This document shows, piece after piece, positions 62,600 to 64,000 of a stretch of 64,000 nt of DNA (position 1 is its first letter; every line of letters begins with the position of its first letter). Origin of the DNA: Vicugna vicugna (taxonomy: Eukaryota); the NCBI GenBank assembly GCA_013265495.1, contig MU062239.1, positions 1,365,860 through 1,429,859 on the forward strand, read 5' to 3'. The notes below the pieces were generated by a model. The model worked only from the letters and a program-made list of their open reading frames with translations, did no database searches and had not been told where the DNA came from. Position numbers and translations under genes: made by a program.

Positions 62600-63730
62600 A
62601 GGCTTACAGTTCCTTCAGAGCCAGGAGGGACCTTCCTCTTTCTGCAAGGAGCTCAGCCCATCCTTCACTTCTGACTCTCTCTCTGCATATGTACCATAGG
62701 TGATCTCATCTGTGCCCACAATTTCAGTCTCGTCCTCACTCTGCTGTCTCTTAAATCTGTGTTTCCAGCCCAGCCTGTCTACTATCCTGATTTCTACCCA
62801 GGTGTCCCATGAGCATATCAGACTCCACATGCCAACCTGAATTCACCCTCTACAGCCCAGAATCTGCTCCCCTGGGGCTCCCCAGCTCACTGAATAGATT
62901 CATCTGCTGTCCAACCTAGAAGGCCAGGGGGTCATCCTGGGATTTCCATCCCCCTTATTCCTTGTGCCCAGTCAGTCACCCACCAGTCACCCAGAACACC
63001 TCATGATCATCATCTCCTCTCATTCTCCCATGATTCTTAGAGCTCAAGAGAGTGATTTGAGCCAGAAGTTGGGAATTTATATTTGGGGCTTTGGGCTGAG
63101 AATAGATTATCCAGGAAGAGAATGAAAAGTGAAGACAGAACCTTCATGAACACTCATATTTAAGGGAGAACAGAGGAAAAGACAGCAAATGAGGCAGAGT
63201 AGGAATAGTCAGAGTTAGAAGGAAACAGAAGAGAATGATGTAATGGGGACCAAAGGAGGGGGTAGTTTTAGGAAGGAGAGAGCAGTCCATGGAGGCCAGT
63301 GTTCTGAGCCTGTGTTAGATGAAGGCTCTATAGAGCCTCGGCCCTGCCTAGGCCTCTACTCCACCCAGGCCTCCGCTCCGACATCAGAGATTTTTCCCAA
63401 GTGCACATCTGACCAAGTTACTCTTTGGCCTCAACCCTGCAGCAGCTACCCACCACCTTCAGAATAAAGTCCACATTCCCTATCTTGACCCTCAGTGAAG
63501 TGGCTGCTGCGAGCCTCACCAGCCTTATCTCCTACTGTTCCTCATCTAGACACAACAGGCTTATTTCTTTACTCGTATCACTTCCTCCTGAAATGCTCTT
63601 CCAGGTATGTCCTCTTCTCTAGGTTGTGAACGCCTCAAGAACAGGGACCAATGAAATCAATCTCCTCTGTAATTACTGTGCCTGACCTAACGTAGACATA
63701 ATAGGATTGTTTGGTGAAGAATGAATGGAG
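62600..63730. mobile_element. Cluster of L2 fragments in mixed orientation
   Basis: tgatctcatctgtgcccacaatttcagt, cagactccacatgccaacctgaattc, accttcagaataaagtccacattcc; boundaries approximate. Confidence 0.65.
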
Positions 63731-64000
63731 AGATTAACAGATGGATGACTGGATGGAGAGGTGACAGAATGGATGGATTTTTCATCAGAAAAATAGTTAC
63801 GTACCCACTATGCACCAGGCCCCATCCTAGATGCCGAGGAAACGCCAATAGCAAGACAGACCGAGTCTATCACATTCTATTCCTGGATGCATGGACAGAT
63901 GCATGGTTGGGTGGAGGACAGCAGCGCCAAGGTGTTTATCCCTCCCTCTGGCTCATTTCTTCCCAATCAGGGAAGGGGGCAGGTAAGAAAATTGTATTTT

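Overview
Mammalian genomic DNA, most likely a camelid (Camelus/Vicugna), judged from three copies of a tRNA-derived Vic-1-like SINE and lineage-type L1 3' ends. Gene order matches my recollection of human 17p13: KIAA0753 (- strand, coding exons 2-7 plus a putative non-coding exon 1; the gene continues left of the window), TXNDC17 (+, complete, 123 aa), MED31 (-, complete, 131 aa), C17orf100 (+, single coding exon, 125 aa) and the last three coding exons of SLC13A5 (-). There are two CpG-island bidirectional promoters; the rest is mostly L1, L2, MIR, SINE and DNA-transposon relics, with four N gaps inside young repeats. Exon calls rest on GT-AG boundaries, phase continuity and recalled human protein sequences; no database search was run. 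Main unexplained feature: an uninterrupted 3.5 kb ORF (1167 aa from the first ATG) in KIAA0753 intron 1 on the same strand, built from a hierarchical 25+6n aa Trp-anchored repeat, with a candidate acceptor, a poly(A) signal and an RFX X-box nearby. Other notable items: a tailless retrocopy of a 5' tRNA-Gly(GCC) half with a perfect 16 bp TSD, a uORF whose stop overlaps the KIAA0753 start (TAATG), and a +1 frameshift altering the SLC13A5 C-terminus.
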